37,831 nt of DNA from a virus (IMGVR_UViG_3300007734_000656:1-37831); one strand, 5' to 3'. Positions 17,511-25,625 are shown, counted from the stretch's first letter. Notes: generated by a model from the letters alone, not told the origin. Numbers and translations: made by a program.

Positions 17511-19428
17511 TGTTTGTTTCCATTATTGAGTGGTTATGCTTCAAACCACGGGTCCAAGGTTTATCGGTAAATGTTTGTTTTGCTTCACCCCATGTTAAGC
17601 CGAACTCAGCGTCTACTACGCTCGGTACGGCAAGGCCCACACAGCTTTCCATTATTTCGGCGATGCGCTTTGCATCAAGTTCACTTGCCACACTAAAATC
17701 TAGTTCATCATGCACTTGTATCAGTGGCAAATATCCAGCTTCGTACGCTGTAACCATAGCCAACTTCGTTTGGTCTGCGGCACTACCTTGGATTAAACGG
17801 TTGAGCGCTTTGTAAGTGAACGCACGTTTAATCTGTGGGCCATGTTCCGCGTACGCTTCTGCATGACGCAACGGCTTATGCAAACCATACTTCATAGGTT
17901 CCCACATATCAAAGCGGCAACGCCTACCTAATAAAGTACGAATAACCCCTCTGCTATTCGCACGGTTCATTGCGTAATCGCTTAACTGCCGCACGAAAGG
18001 CACTTTGTTGTGATACAAGGTAAACAGTTCCTTGGCATCTTCAAGCTCCAAGCCTAACTGGTCGGCTAGCTTTTTCTGCCCCATGCCATAGAACAGACCC
18101 AAGTTAATGTCTTTAGCTTTCTTGCGCGGCACGCCAACAATATCCGCCGCAAGTTGGTGGAAGTCCGTGCGTGCATCTTTTGCGTACTGCTCAACAAAGT
18201 CTGCGGCACCCGTAAAATCAAGCAACGAAGCATAATGAACAACGATGCGTGGTTCTTGGCTACTATAGTCAAATGCCCCCCACAGCTCACCTTCTTCGGG
18301 TAAAAACAAACCACGTATCAGTGGGCCGATTTCTTGGTTACGTGCGGGGATTTGTTGCAAGTTCGGGTTACTATAACTGAAACGCCCCGTAACGGTGCCA
18401 CCATCATCACTGCGCAACTGGTGCATTTCAGCGTGGATGCGCCCATTATGCTGATGGCCTAATATCGTATCAATAAACGTAGTACGCGCTTTGTTGAGCT
18501 CACGCGCTTGCACAACGGCACGAGGTAAAGCGTGTTGATGGTTAGCAAGAAAGTTTTTGGTAAAGCTCGGTGCGTTGGTTTTTTCTGTACGTTCGTATTC
18601 CAACCCTACGGCATCAAAGGCTTTGGCAATACTCGCCGCCGCCCAGATATCTACGGCTACACCGTATTCCTTTTTCAACCCACCAAGTATCGCTTGTTCG
18701 CGCTTTTCCAAATCGCGCTTTATTTGTTCGGCACGTTCAACATCTACGCGCACACCTTTCTTACGCATTTCAATACACACGCGTAGAACACGCAGTTCCA
18801 AATCAAAAATGTCCTGCAACTCATCACGGGTAATAATGTTTTTGAAATGTTGCCATAACTTGAGCGTAAGCGCCGCATCCTGCTCGGCGTATGGGCCAAC
18901 GAACTGCGCAGGTAAATAGTGCATCCCTGCTTTTGGGTTCACGCCAAATTGAGCGGCGGCTTCCTTTAACAAATATTCATTTTTAGTTTCGCCCAAATAA
19001 TCTTTACTAAGCGCGTTGAGCGAATAGCTATAACGGTTTTCATCGATTAGCGGCGCGGCGACCATTGTATCAACAATGCGGCCTTTGATTTCAATACCCT
19101 CGGACCATAACCAACCAACGTCGTACATAGCGTTGTGAAACACATAGTCACGGTTGGGGTTTCCGCATATTGTTTTCAACCAATAGTGAACACGCCGCCA
19201 ATCAATGTTCTGCCCGTTTTTGTGGCGCACAGGAACATACATAGCCTCGCCATCAACAGCTACGGCAACGCCAATTATTTCACCTTCTTTACGTGCCCAT
19301 CCACTGCCATGTGTAGTTAGGCGGGGGTCGTATGTTTCAAGGTCAATGGCTATTTCTGCCGCGTCGGAGAAGCTCGGCAATGCCTCGGGCATCACCCACT
19401 CCTTGTTCATCCATAGGTTGCTCATCAT
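17491..19428 (-). CDS. polA: Family A DNA polymerase with 3'-5' exonuclease
   Basis: ExoI IDLET, ExoII FHNAMYD, ExoIII YAEQD; TVTGRFS, PNLQQIP, motif A DYSSQE, motif B KAKDINLGLFYG, motif C QVHDE. Confidence 0.95.
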   Translation of the reverse strand: MMSNLWMNKEWVMPEALPSFSDAAEIAIDLETYDPRLTTHGSGWARKEGEIIGVAVAVDGEAMYVPVRHKNGQNIDWRRVHYWLKTICGNPNRDYVFHNAMYDVGWLWSEGIEIKGRIVDTMVAAPLIDENRYSYSLNALSKDYLGETKNEYLLKEAAAQFGVNPKAGMHYLPAQFVGPYAEQDAALTLKLWQHFKNIITRDELQDIFDLELRVLRVCIEMRKKGVRVDVERAEQIKRDLEKREQAILGGLKKEYGVAVDIWAAASIAKAFDAVGLEYERTEKTNAPSFTKNFLANHQHALPRAVVQARELNKARTTFIDTILGHQHNGRIHAEMHQLRSDDGGTVTGRFSYSNPNLQQIPARNQEIGPLIRGLFLPEEGELWGAFDYSSQEPRIVVHYASLLDFTGAADFVEQYAKDARTDFHQLAADIVGVPRKKAKDINLGLFYGMGQKKLADQLGLELEDAKELFTLYHNKVPFVRQLSDYAMNRANSRGVIRTLLGRRCRFDMWEPMKYGLHKPLRHAEAYAEHGPQIKRAFTYKALNRLIQGSAADQTKLAMVTAYEAGYLPLIQVHDELDFSVASELDAKRIAEIMESCVGLAVPSVVDAEFGLTWGEAKQTFTDKPWTRGLKHNHSIMETNNDYAAE

Positions 19429-19558
19429 AAACTTTCATTGCTTGACGGCACTGACAAAAGGGCCATTTGTTCTTTAGTTTACGCATGGTGAGCGTGCGCT
19501 TTTCTTTGCCACACTCACACACGGCCTCAATCAAGTGATCCGGGATCTTTATATCCAT
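19343..19558 (-). CDS. Small Cys-containing protein (CxC...CxC)
   Basis: CEC and CQC pairs; fills the gap between the Nmad1-like gene and polA but overlaps both. Confidence 0.45.
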   Translation of the reverse strand: MDIKIPDHLIEAVCECGKEKRTLTMRKLKNKWPFCQCRQAMKVYDEQPMDEQGVGDARGIAELLRRGRNSH

Positions 19559-19841
19559 TACGTTGCATTTCCTCGTGTACTAACAAAAGGTATCTGCGTA
19601 GGTCACGTATGTCATCTAGAATACCTGTATCGCTTGGGTTATCCTCTATGGCTTTGAATATATCCCATCCCACGTATTTGCATTGATTGCTTATGCGGTC
19701 CCACTTACGGGCTAACATCATAAACGCACCAACACCGCCTCTACGCTTCCAGCTATTGCCATAGCTGATCTGCGCGTGCATCAAGCCCTCTACATCGGCT
19801 TTTGCTAACTCAGTTAAATTACTTTCTAATGTCTTGCTCAT
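19527..19841 (-). CDS. Nucleotide-modification-associated (Nmad1/DUF1599-like, MazG-fold) putative dNTP pyrophosphatase
   Basis: SYGNSWKRRGGVGAFMMLARKWDRI...ILDDIRDLRRYLLL; start refined to ATG 19841 (AGGAG RBS). Confidence 0.6.
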   Translation of the reverse strand: MSKTLESNLTELAKADVEGLMHAQISYGNSWKRRGGVGAFMMLARKWDRISNQCKYVGWDIFKAIEDNPSDTGILDDIRDLRRYLLLVHEEMQRNGYKDPGSLD

Positions 19842-20808
19842 CGCTCTTTCTCCTGCGTTCCAACCATTCAACACAAGCCTTACGCCAATCCGGCGCGGTG
19901 ATAGCACCCGCCATACTTAGGGCTTCATCTATATCGCCACTGCGCCATAGTGCATGGGCCGCACGCATACGGTCAGCTACATTGCTAAGAAACAAGTTGC
20001 GATAGATACGTGTAAGTGGCGGTGAATCAAAAAACTTACGGAGTTCGTCGTCAAACTTGGCAGCATCCGTTACTAAAGGTTGCACCAAATAATCAAACTC
20101 ATGGTAAGGGTCATAGTCGGCAACTAAGCCATCCAGCTTTTTAAGTACATCTGTGTACGCATGATAACTATCGCTCACTTGGTGGTATGTTCCTACGGGC
20201 ACGCCTACTCTAGCGGCAATGTATTCCTGCAACATTGAAAAGTGAACTGCGTTTGCGCCATACGCACCCCATATCATATCGTTACTACGGCATGTAACCA
20301 TCATGTTCAAACGGCCTTCACGCACCTTAAAGTAGATTTGCGTGTTGCAGGGAATATCTTTTAACTGGTTACCTTCATACAAATCATTTTCGCTATCCCA
20401 CATTTGTACAACGGTGCGTCTATCGTTGGGGTATTTTTTCAACCGCTTTACAGCGATATCCAACTGGTCAATGCCAAACCAATTACGCCATCGGTGTCCA
20501 TAGGCCCCGTGCAATATATCATTGCCATCGCTGTAGGTTTCCATGCGCTTGTTATAACGCTTAAGGAACTCCACATCGTTACGCCCTGCCAACATCCACA
20601 ACGCTTCTAAGCAATGGAAAAACGGGTTGGCATCGCGTTGCGGGTAGAACAGCACACGCTCCATAGGGTGACTGTACGTTGTACATACCGGAGCAGGCAT
20701 TTCAAGGGTTTCACCTGCGCGGCTTTGTATTTTAACCCCCGTACTTTTGATAGCACCTAGACCAACGTAGAGGGCCTCAGAGACGTTTCTAACCTTTATT
20801 GTGTACAT
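19819..20808 (-). CDS. Thymidylate synthase homologue, probable dUMP hydroxymethyltransferase
   Basis: EALWMLAG, YGHRW, DQL, DRR, catalytic DIPCN, RSNDMIWGAYGAN (Asn = dUMP specificity), SYHAY; C-terminal extension. Confidence 0.85.
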   Translation of the reverse strand: MYTIKVRNVSEALYVGLGAIKSTGVKIQSRAGETLEMPAPVCTTYSHPMERVLFYPQRDANPFFHCLEALWMLAGRNDVEFLKRYNKRMETYSDGNDILHGAYGHRWRNWFGIDQLDIAVKRLKKYPNDRRTVVQMWDSENDLYEGNQLKDIPCNTQIYFKVREGRLNMMVTCRSNDMIWGAYGANAVHFSMLQEYIAARVGVPVGTYHQVSDSYHAYTDVLKKLDGLVADYDPYHEFDYLVQPLVTDAAKFDDELRKFFDSPPLTRIYRNLFLSNVADRMRAAHALWRSGDIDEALSMAGAITAPDWRKACVEWLERRRKSDEQDIRK

Positions 20809-20825
20809 GGTATGCCCTGCTGTTA

Positions 20826-21788
20826 TCAAATGGCTTCTAAAACGGCTCTATAGTGTTCACCAATAACTTTGGGATGGTGTAACGACAACTGCTTATACCC
20901 ATACTCGCGATAGTTATCTAGATACGAAGTGTTTCCAACATCCATTAACAACGCGGCAAGTTCTTGGGCATTATCCACGGCAAAGCAATTTTGGTTTTCA
21001 ACCATGTCATCCTTGGGCATCAGCCACGCCCGTTGGATAACAGGCACCGCGCCTGCATCCCATGCTTCCAATGTTGTGTATTGAGTACCCCCACCATCGC
21101 CTTTAATCAAGCTCATATCTACAGCAAGCTGTGCGTACGAAAGTAATTTGAAGGCGGCTTCCTTACTGCGTGGATAAGCGGCTTTGCTTTGTTCCCATTC
21201 AGGGTAATGAGGTACTATCTTAAACCGTGTGTAGATGCGGTTTTCAAAACCGTATATTCGGCACTTAACTTCATCGGGTACGAGCCTATTCGCATCAAGT
21301 ATTACCGAAGTGTATTTATCAAAGTCAATACGCGAAGTGCTGATGGCCCGTGTTGTACGGTTAAATATTTCATATTCGGGCCTACGTTGATACGGGTGCC
21401 GTATGAATACTGCTTTAGACAGATACGTTAAACCAATCTGTCGGATAACAACCACCCTGCCTTCTAATGGTGGAAGGTTTTTAATTTCGGTAGGGTCATG
21501 CACTACAAGTGCGGCACCCGCTGAGTATAGCGCGGCAGTTTCTTCACTGAAGTTTTTAGCGGCGGCTACAATCAACTTCTTGTTCGGGCTACGCAAAGCA
21601 TCTTGCAAGCTGATGTTTGTGTAATGCAGATCGTAGCCAAAGGGCCGTGGTTTCTTTTCACTGCGCGGTCTAATGCGATACAAGTTTGGTTTGATACCAA
21701 CCGTTTTCAAAGCCTCAACCAAATGCGCGGTGAATGTTACCCATCCACCATACGGATTAGGGCTAAGATAAAATAAATCAACGTTCAC
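20826..21788 (-). CDS. GT-B fold (GT4-like) glycosyltransferase
   Basis: N-terminal YGGWVTF, SRIDFDK, GGGTQYTTLEAWDAGAVPVI...ENCF.V....ELAALL; GTG 21788 overlaps the upstream TGA and has a GGAGG RBS. Confidence 0.7.
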   Translation of the reverse strand: MNVDLFYLSPNPYGGWVTFTAHLVEALKTVGIKPNLYRIRPRSEKKPRPFGYDLHYTNISLQDALRSPNKKLIVAAAKNFSEETAALYSAGAALVVHDPTEIKNLPPLEGRVVVIRQIGLTYLSKAVFIRHPYQRRPEYEIFNRTTRAISTSRIDFDKYTSVILDANRLVPDEVKCRIYGFENRIYTRFKIVPHYPEWEQSKAAYPRSKEAAFKLLSYAQLAVDMSLIKGDGGGTQYTTLEAWDAGAVPVIQRAWLMPKDDMVENQNCFAVDNAQELAALLMDVGNTSYLDNYREYGYKQLSLHHPKVIGEHYRAVLEAI

Positions 21789-22783
21789 TTTGTTCCTCCG
21801 TCCCACGGCCTTTTTACCATCGGAGTATAGGGTGCTCCGCTTGTGTACTTTTCTATTACTGCCCACGTTTGCGCATCAGGCACAGGCAATGTTTCCTTAC
21901 CCTTGGCATCGGGCAACAATCCTGGACGGTAGCTTACATGGTCACAACCCTTACAAGGGGTGAATGTCCGTTGTCCATGGTACAATGCTTGTCTAGCCGC
22001 TTGAAATGCCTCACCTAGCCAAAGCTCGCTTATTGCTGTTTCTAACAAGTTGCCGATTTTGTAGCGTCCGGGCCAGTCGTTACAGCACATCGCTACATTG
22101 CCGTCCCAACGCACACTAAGTTCACGGAAGGGCTTTGCGCAACGTTTCCCTGCCATTTTATCATTAAGCGGAAAGCTCCCACCCGTGTGGTTGCTGAGTA
22201 TACTGTGATTGCCTTTGGTAGCGGCTTCAATATCTTGAATAACTACAATATCATGCTCATGCGGCTTACGGCGACGGTGTGGATTACCCATAATTTCTTG
22301 CGGATATTTCCATACACGATGTGGCCCATTGTATCCTTGCAGGATTTTATCAACAATACGAATACCATCGTAGTTATCCAAACTAAGTATGTTCAGGCCC
22401 GCTTCCATAAGCGCGTTGATATTGCTACTGAACCCTTGGCCCTTGAGTAGCCCGCCACCATTACTGGTCAACTGCAAACTGGCTTTCGGTAAATGCTTAC
22501 GGAACACCCCTACAATTTCAATGTAATTAGGGTTCATGGTTGGTTCGCCGTGCATGGCAAACTCAATACGGGGGGTCCATTTAGCTTCGGCTATGCGGCT
22601 TGCAATAACCTCCGCATTTTCCACGGTTAAAAACTTCATAAAGGAGGCTTTACCGTGTTTGTCCTCGGGGCCATTGGCACCGTTATCGCGGATGTGTTGC
22701 AACCCGCAGAAGCTACAACCCAAATTGCATCCTTCTGTTAATTCTACTTGGATGCAGTAAGGTGGGTCTTGTACGTATGACAT
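21785..22783 (-). CDS. Radical SAM enzyme with SPASM/twitch domain
   Basis: ELTEGCNLGCSFC (CxxxCxxC), HGEPT, TSNG; C-terminal CAKPF...DGNVAMCC.D...IGNL...PCKGC. Confidence 0.92.
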   Translation of the reverse strand: MSYVQDPPYCIQVELTEGCNLGCSFCGLQHIRDNGANGPEDKHGKASFMKFLTVENAEVIASRIAEAKWTPRIEFAMHGEPTMNPNYIEIVGVFRKHLPKASLQLTSNGGGLLKGQGFSSNINALMEAGLNILSLDNYDGIRIVDKILQGYNGPHRVWKYPQEIMGNPHRRRKPHEHDIVVIQDIEAATKGNHSILSNHTGGSFPLNDKMAGKRCAKPFRELSVRWDGNVAMCCNDWPGRYKIGNLLETAISELWLGEAFQAARQALYHGQRTFTPCKGCDHVSYRPGLLPDAKGKETLPVPDAQTWAVIEKYTSGAPYTPMVKRPWDGGTK

Positions 22784-22784
22784 A

Positions 22785-23639
22785 CTAAATTCCTTTATAC
22801 AGGCTTCTTGGTTTGCCTTGGCCGAGCAGTACCCGTTGATACTTATCCCATTCGCACAGGCTATGTTCAATGGTGCGCATGTCTACAACTTGAGCCAATA
22901 CTTCGGGGTCGCAATATTTTGGGGCGAGCTCCAATAGCTGTTGCATTTCGCTATTCCAGTCTACGCCATTTGCTTTATCCAAGGGCCGACCATGCAAACG
23001 GTTAAGACCCCGCTTTGCTCCTGGACCTGCATTGGCCCACGTAAACCTGTCAACGGGTTCTGGCATGGCGCTCGTATGGTTAAGATCGGTCACTACTTCG
23101 TAGGCCATAAAGCCCCCACCACCCCATCCTGCAAACTTGCCAAGTTCCTTGTGCAGTGCTTCCAAACTATTGGTTTGCTCGATACATTGGGCCAACTGAT
23201 CACGGGCTTTCCATACGGGGGTCAGAAACATATCGCATACTACCTCTTCCTTTGGATTTTTCAACCCTTGGTTGGTGATTATGTATGCCCCTGTGAATAC
23301 CTTTAGCCCCATACTCAACCGACCACGGGCAAGGCTTTTCACATGCTCAGGATCCCATTGCTTTATCCAACCCAGAGCCTCGCCCATTTCCATCGTGCCA
23401 AACATACGGAACACACAACAGTTGAACAGGGTTTCGGCTTTAGAGGCTTGCGCGTTTGGGTTGGTCAAATGTTCGCGCATCCATACAGTTGTTTTGTCTA
23501 GCTCCCTAAAAGGGTTCGTAAACTTGTACTGTTGGAAAATGCTATCGTTTGTCCAAGGCTTTGGGTTACCCGCCGCCTTAGACAAATAGATAGAATGGCG
23601 CTCATTTATCCAGTAAAAGAACTGCCCTTCGCCGTTCAT
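22785..23639 (-). CDS. aGPT-Pplase1 ('5-hmdU DNA kinase helical domain') family protein
   Basis: FYWINERHSIY...PWTND.IFQQYKFTNPFRELD, FTGAYII, FMAYEVVTDL, GPGAKRGL, IEHSLCEWDKY.R. Confidence 0.8.
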   Translation of the reverse strand: MNGEGQFFYWINERHSIYLSKAAGNPKPWTNDSIFQQYKFTNPFRELDKTTVWMREHLTNPNAQASKAETLFNCCVFRMFGTMEMGEALGWIKQWDPEHVKSLARGRLSMGLKVFTGAYIITNQGLKNPKEEVVCDMFLTPVWKARDQLAQCIEQTNSLEALHKELGKFAGWGGGGFMAYEVVTDLNHTSAMPEPVDRFTWANAGPGAKRGLNRLHGRPLDKANGVDWNSEMQQLLELAPKYCDPEVLAQVVDMRTIEHSLCEWDKYQRVLLGQGKPRSLYKGI

Positions 23640-23640
23640 G

Positions 23641-24213
23641 TTAGAGCTTTACCGTGATAAGTTTTTCGGCAATGGCGAACTTAATGGTCGATGATGCAAC
23701 CGCCGCTGTAAGTCCTGCGGCACGCATATCGGCAATGGCCTTTTCAACCGTTGGTGCGGCAAGAGCAATTTTTAAGGCTTCGGCACGCGTAGTTCCGGCG
23801 CGACCTTCAAACTGTTTAAGCACTACGATTTTTGCTTCCTTAGGAATGCGTGTGCGGGCACTTTCCTTTTTCTCTTTCGGAGCAGTTTTAGCGGCAGGTG
23901 CCGAAACTTTAACTTCAGTCATTTTAACATCTCCTTGTTTCCAAACCGTTGCGTTTTCCACAACGTACTCATGCAGAAGCCCTGCGGTGATGCGCTTGTT
24001 CTGCGGTGCCTTTGAACTCAGGTTAAGCGTAAGCCAAATAGCTTCTAACTCAGCCTTTGTACAAAACTCATCTAATTGGGTGACTTCGCTATACACGATG
24101 GTGGCCTTATCAATCAAAGGGCACTCTTTAACTTCGCGTAGCGTTTTGAACTTTAATAGGTGATAAGGCTTGCCCTGTGAAGCAGGGGGGCCTTCAGCAA
24201 TCACGTAATACAT
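23641..24213 (-). CDS. Hypothetical protein with basic C-terminal domain; possible internal start at 23922
   Basis: AGAAAGG RBS before ATG 24213; in-frame ATG 23922 preceded by AAGGAG. Confidence 0.7.
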   Translation of the reverse strand: MYYVIAEGPPASQGKPYHLLKFKTLREVKECPLIDKATIVYSEVTQLDEFCTKAELEAIWLTLNLSSKAPQNKRITAGLLHEYVVENATVWKQGDVKMTEVKVSAPAAKTAPKEKKESARTRIPKEAKIVVLKQFEGRAGTTRAEALKIALAAPTVEKAIADMRAAGLTAAVASSTIKFAIAEKLITVKL

Positions 24214-24240
24214 ATCTTGCGCCTTTCTATGGCAAGGTGG

Positions 24241-24274
24241 GTAGTGGAGCCAGTTTAACCACTGACTCCACCAT
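24241..24274 (-). other. Intergenic RNA hairpin without U-tract
   Basis: GTGGAGTCAGT-GGTTAA-ACTGGCTCCAC, 11-bp stem with one G.U pair on the minus strand. Confidence 0.5.
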
Positions 24275-24287
24275 TGCAAGTGTTAGA

Positions 24288-25319
24288 TTACGCGGCTTGC
24301 GCGTACTCCAAGGCTTTTTCCATGGCGCGGCGCTTGACGTTGGCACCGTTGCCGAACCACGCACTGTAGAGGCTACCGCCTTCACTGCTTGCGCGGCGCG
24401 GGTGGTCAACCACGTAGGTGACGGCATTGAGTGCGCCCCACCATGTGCCCTTGGCAGAAGCAAGGGTGCTTCCTGGACTTACCTCATAAGCCTCGGCTAC
24501 TGCCAATGCGGTACGCTTGAACTCGTCACGCAATGGTGGCAACTCGTTCTGGTTGGCGGCTTTGCCGCGCTCCAACAACGTATCTTTTTGGAACATTTCG
24601 GCTATGAAGTTATCAACATCCAGTGTTTTGGCACGCTTGGAAGCAAGGAACTCTGACTGTTCTTTGAACTGCGCCATGCGGGTGCTACTCAGGCCAAGGG
24701 CCTCCTCTGCGGCCTGCATAATTTCTTGATCAAACATTTGCAGGTGCAAAATGCGGAACTTGTTAGCCCCTGCATCGTTAAGGGCCAAGGTGAGCGTATT
24801 GTTGCACACCACACGAATAGGCGTGAACATAACGGTCATAGCTTTGCCGACCTTGTGGCTATTGTTGAGCAAAAGGTAACCTTTTACCTCATCGCCACCC
24901 GCAAGCTGGAACCCATCCTTTAGCTTGGCAAGGCCCCAAATTTCTTGGCCTTCCTTTAGGCTACCTGCCGTTTCCATAAACATATCACCTGCTTCGGTGA
25001 ACTTTTTAAAGAACGACATTACATCGCGGTTTTGGAAGGGGTTGTACCCTGTACCCGCATGACTAAGTACCTTGTTATCGCTGTCACGCACTACAAAGAA
25101 GTTATCTTCAACAAGCACCATGTTGCTGTTGAGCTCGGGTGCGTACAAATTGGGTACGAACTTCTCAGCTGCGAAGTATGCAGGCCGCTTGCTAACGGTC
25201 CAATCCAAGCCTGCGGCTACAAGCATTTGTTCAGGTGACATATTGCTGTCAACCTGTGTGCCTAGCCCATGCCAAGGAACTTCACCTGCATAAGCCATAG
25301 TTTCAATAAGGTGCGCCAT
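24288..25319 (-). CDS. DUF932 / TIGR03299 phage-plasmid-like protein
   Basis: MAH...PWHGLG, AGLDWTV, Y.PFQN, ETAGSL..G, YLLL.NSH, TPIRVVCNNTL, GTWWGALNAVT. Confidence 0.88.
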   Translation of the reverse strand: MAHLIETMAYAGEVPWHGLGTQVDSNMSPEQMLVAAGLDWTVSKRPAYFAAEKFVPNLYAPELNSNMVLVEDNFFVVRDSDNKVLSHAGTGYNPFQNRDVMSFFKKFTEAGDMFMETAGSLKEGQEIWGLAKLKDGFQLAGGDEVKGYLLLNNSHKVGKAMTVMFTPIRVVCNNTLTLALNDAGANKFRILHLQMFDQEIMQAAEEALGLSSTRMAQFKEQSEFLASKRAKTLDVDNFIAEMFQKDTLLERGKAANQNELPPLRDEFKRTALAVAEAYEVSPGSTLASAKGTWWGALNAVTYVVDHPRRASSEGGSLYSAWFGNGANVKRRAMEKALEYAQAA

Positions 25320-25349
25320 GATACTTTCTCCTATCAGTTGGCAAGTTGG

Positions 25350-25625
25350 TTAATGTAAAGTACGCTGCTCCGCAGCAATACGTGGTAGTTTTTCGTATAC
25401 TTCCCACGGCATGTCAAGCCACGCCGTTTGACCTTCTTCGCTTAACACAACGCACGCCCGAACGTGGTCGTTGTGTGATACAATACTGCTAATCGGAAAG
25501 CGGTAACCTGCAGGAAGTTGCTTTAACATATCGGGGTTAAGCATCCTGTTAAGGTTGTGTTTGATGGCAAGTTTATTTGCCTTGATCAAACTTGCTTTAG
25601 TAAAGTAGGCTATTTCAACTGACAT
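25350..25625 (-). CDS. Hypothetical protein
   Basis: 91 aa from ATG 25625 with GGGAG RBS. Confidence 0.6.
   Translation of the reverse strand: MSVEIAYFTKASLIKANKLAIKHNLNRMLNPDMLKQLPAGYRFPISSIVSHNDHVRACVVLSEEGQTAWLDMPWEVYEKLPRIAAEQRTLH

Noticed and set aside
16986-19428. Z-genome (2-aminoadenine) system suggested by a DatZ-like HD protein next to PolA
   Set aside because: No PurZ/adenylosuccinate synthase homologue in the window; neighbouring genes point to pyrimidine modification
19819-21788. T4-like glucosyl-hydroxymethylcytosine pathway
   Set aside because: The specificity residue is Asn (dUMP), not Asp, and aGPT-Pplase1 is linked to thymidine modification
21785-22783. RiPP maturase or QueE (7-deazaguanine pathway)
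   Set aside because: No precursor peptide or RRE domain, and no FolE/QueD/QueC/DpdA recognisable
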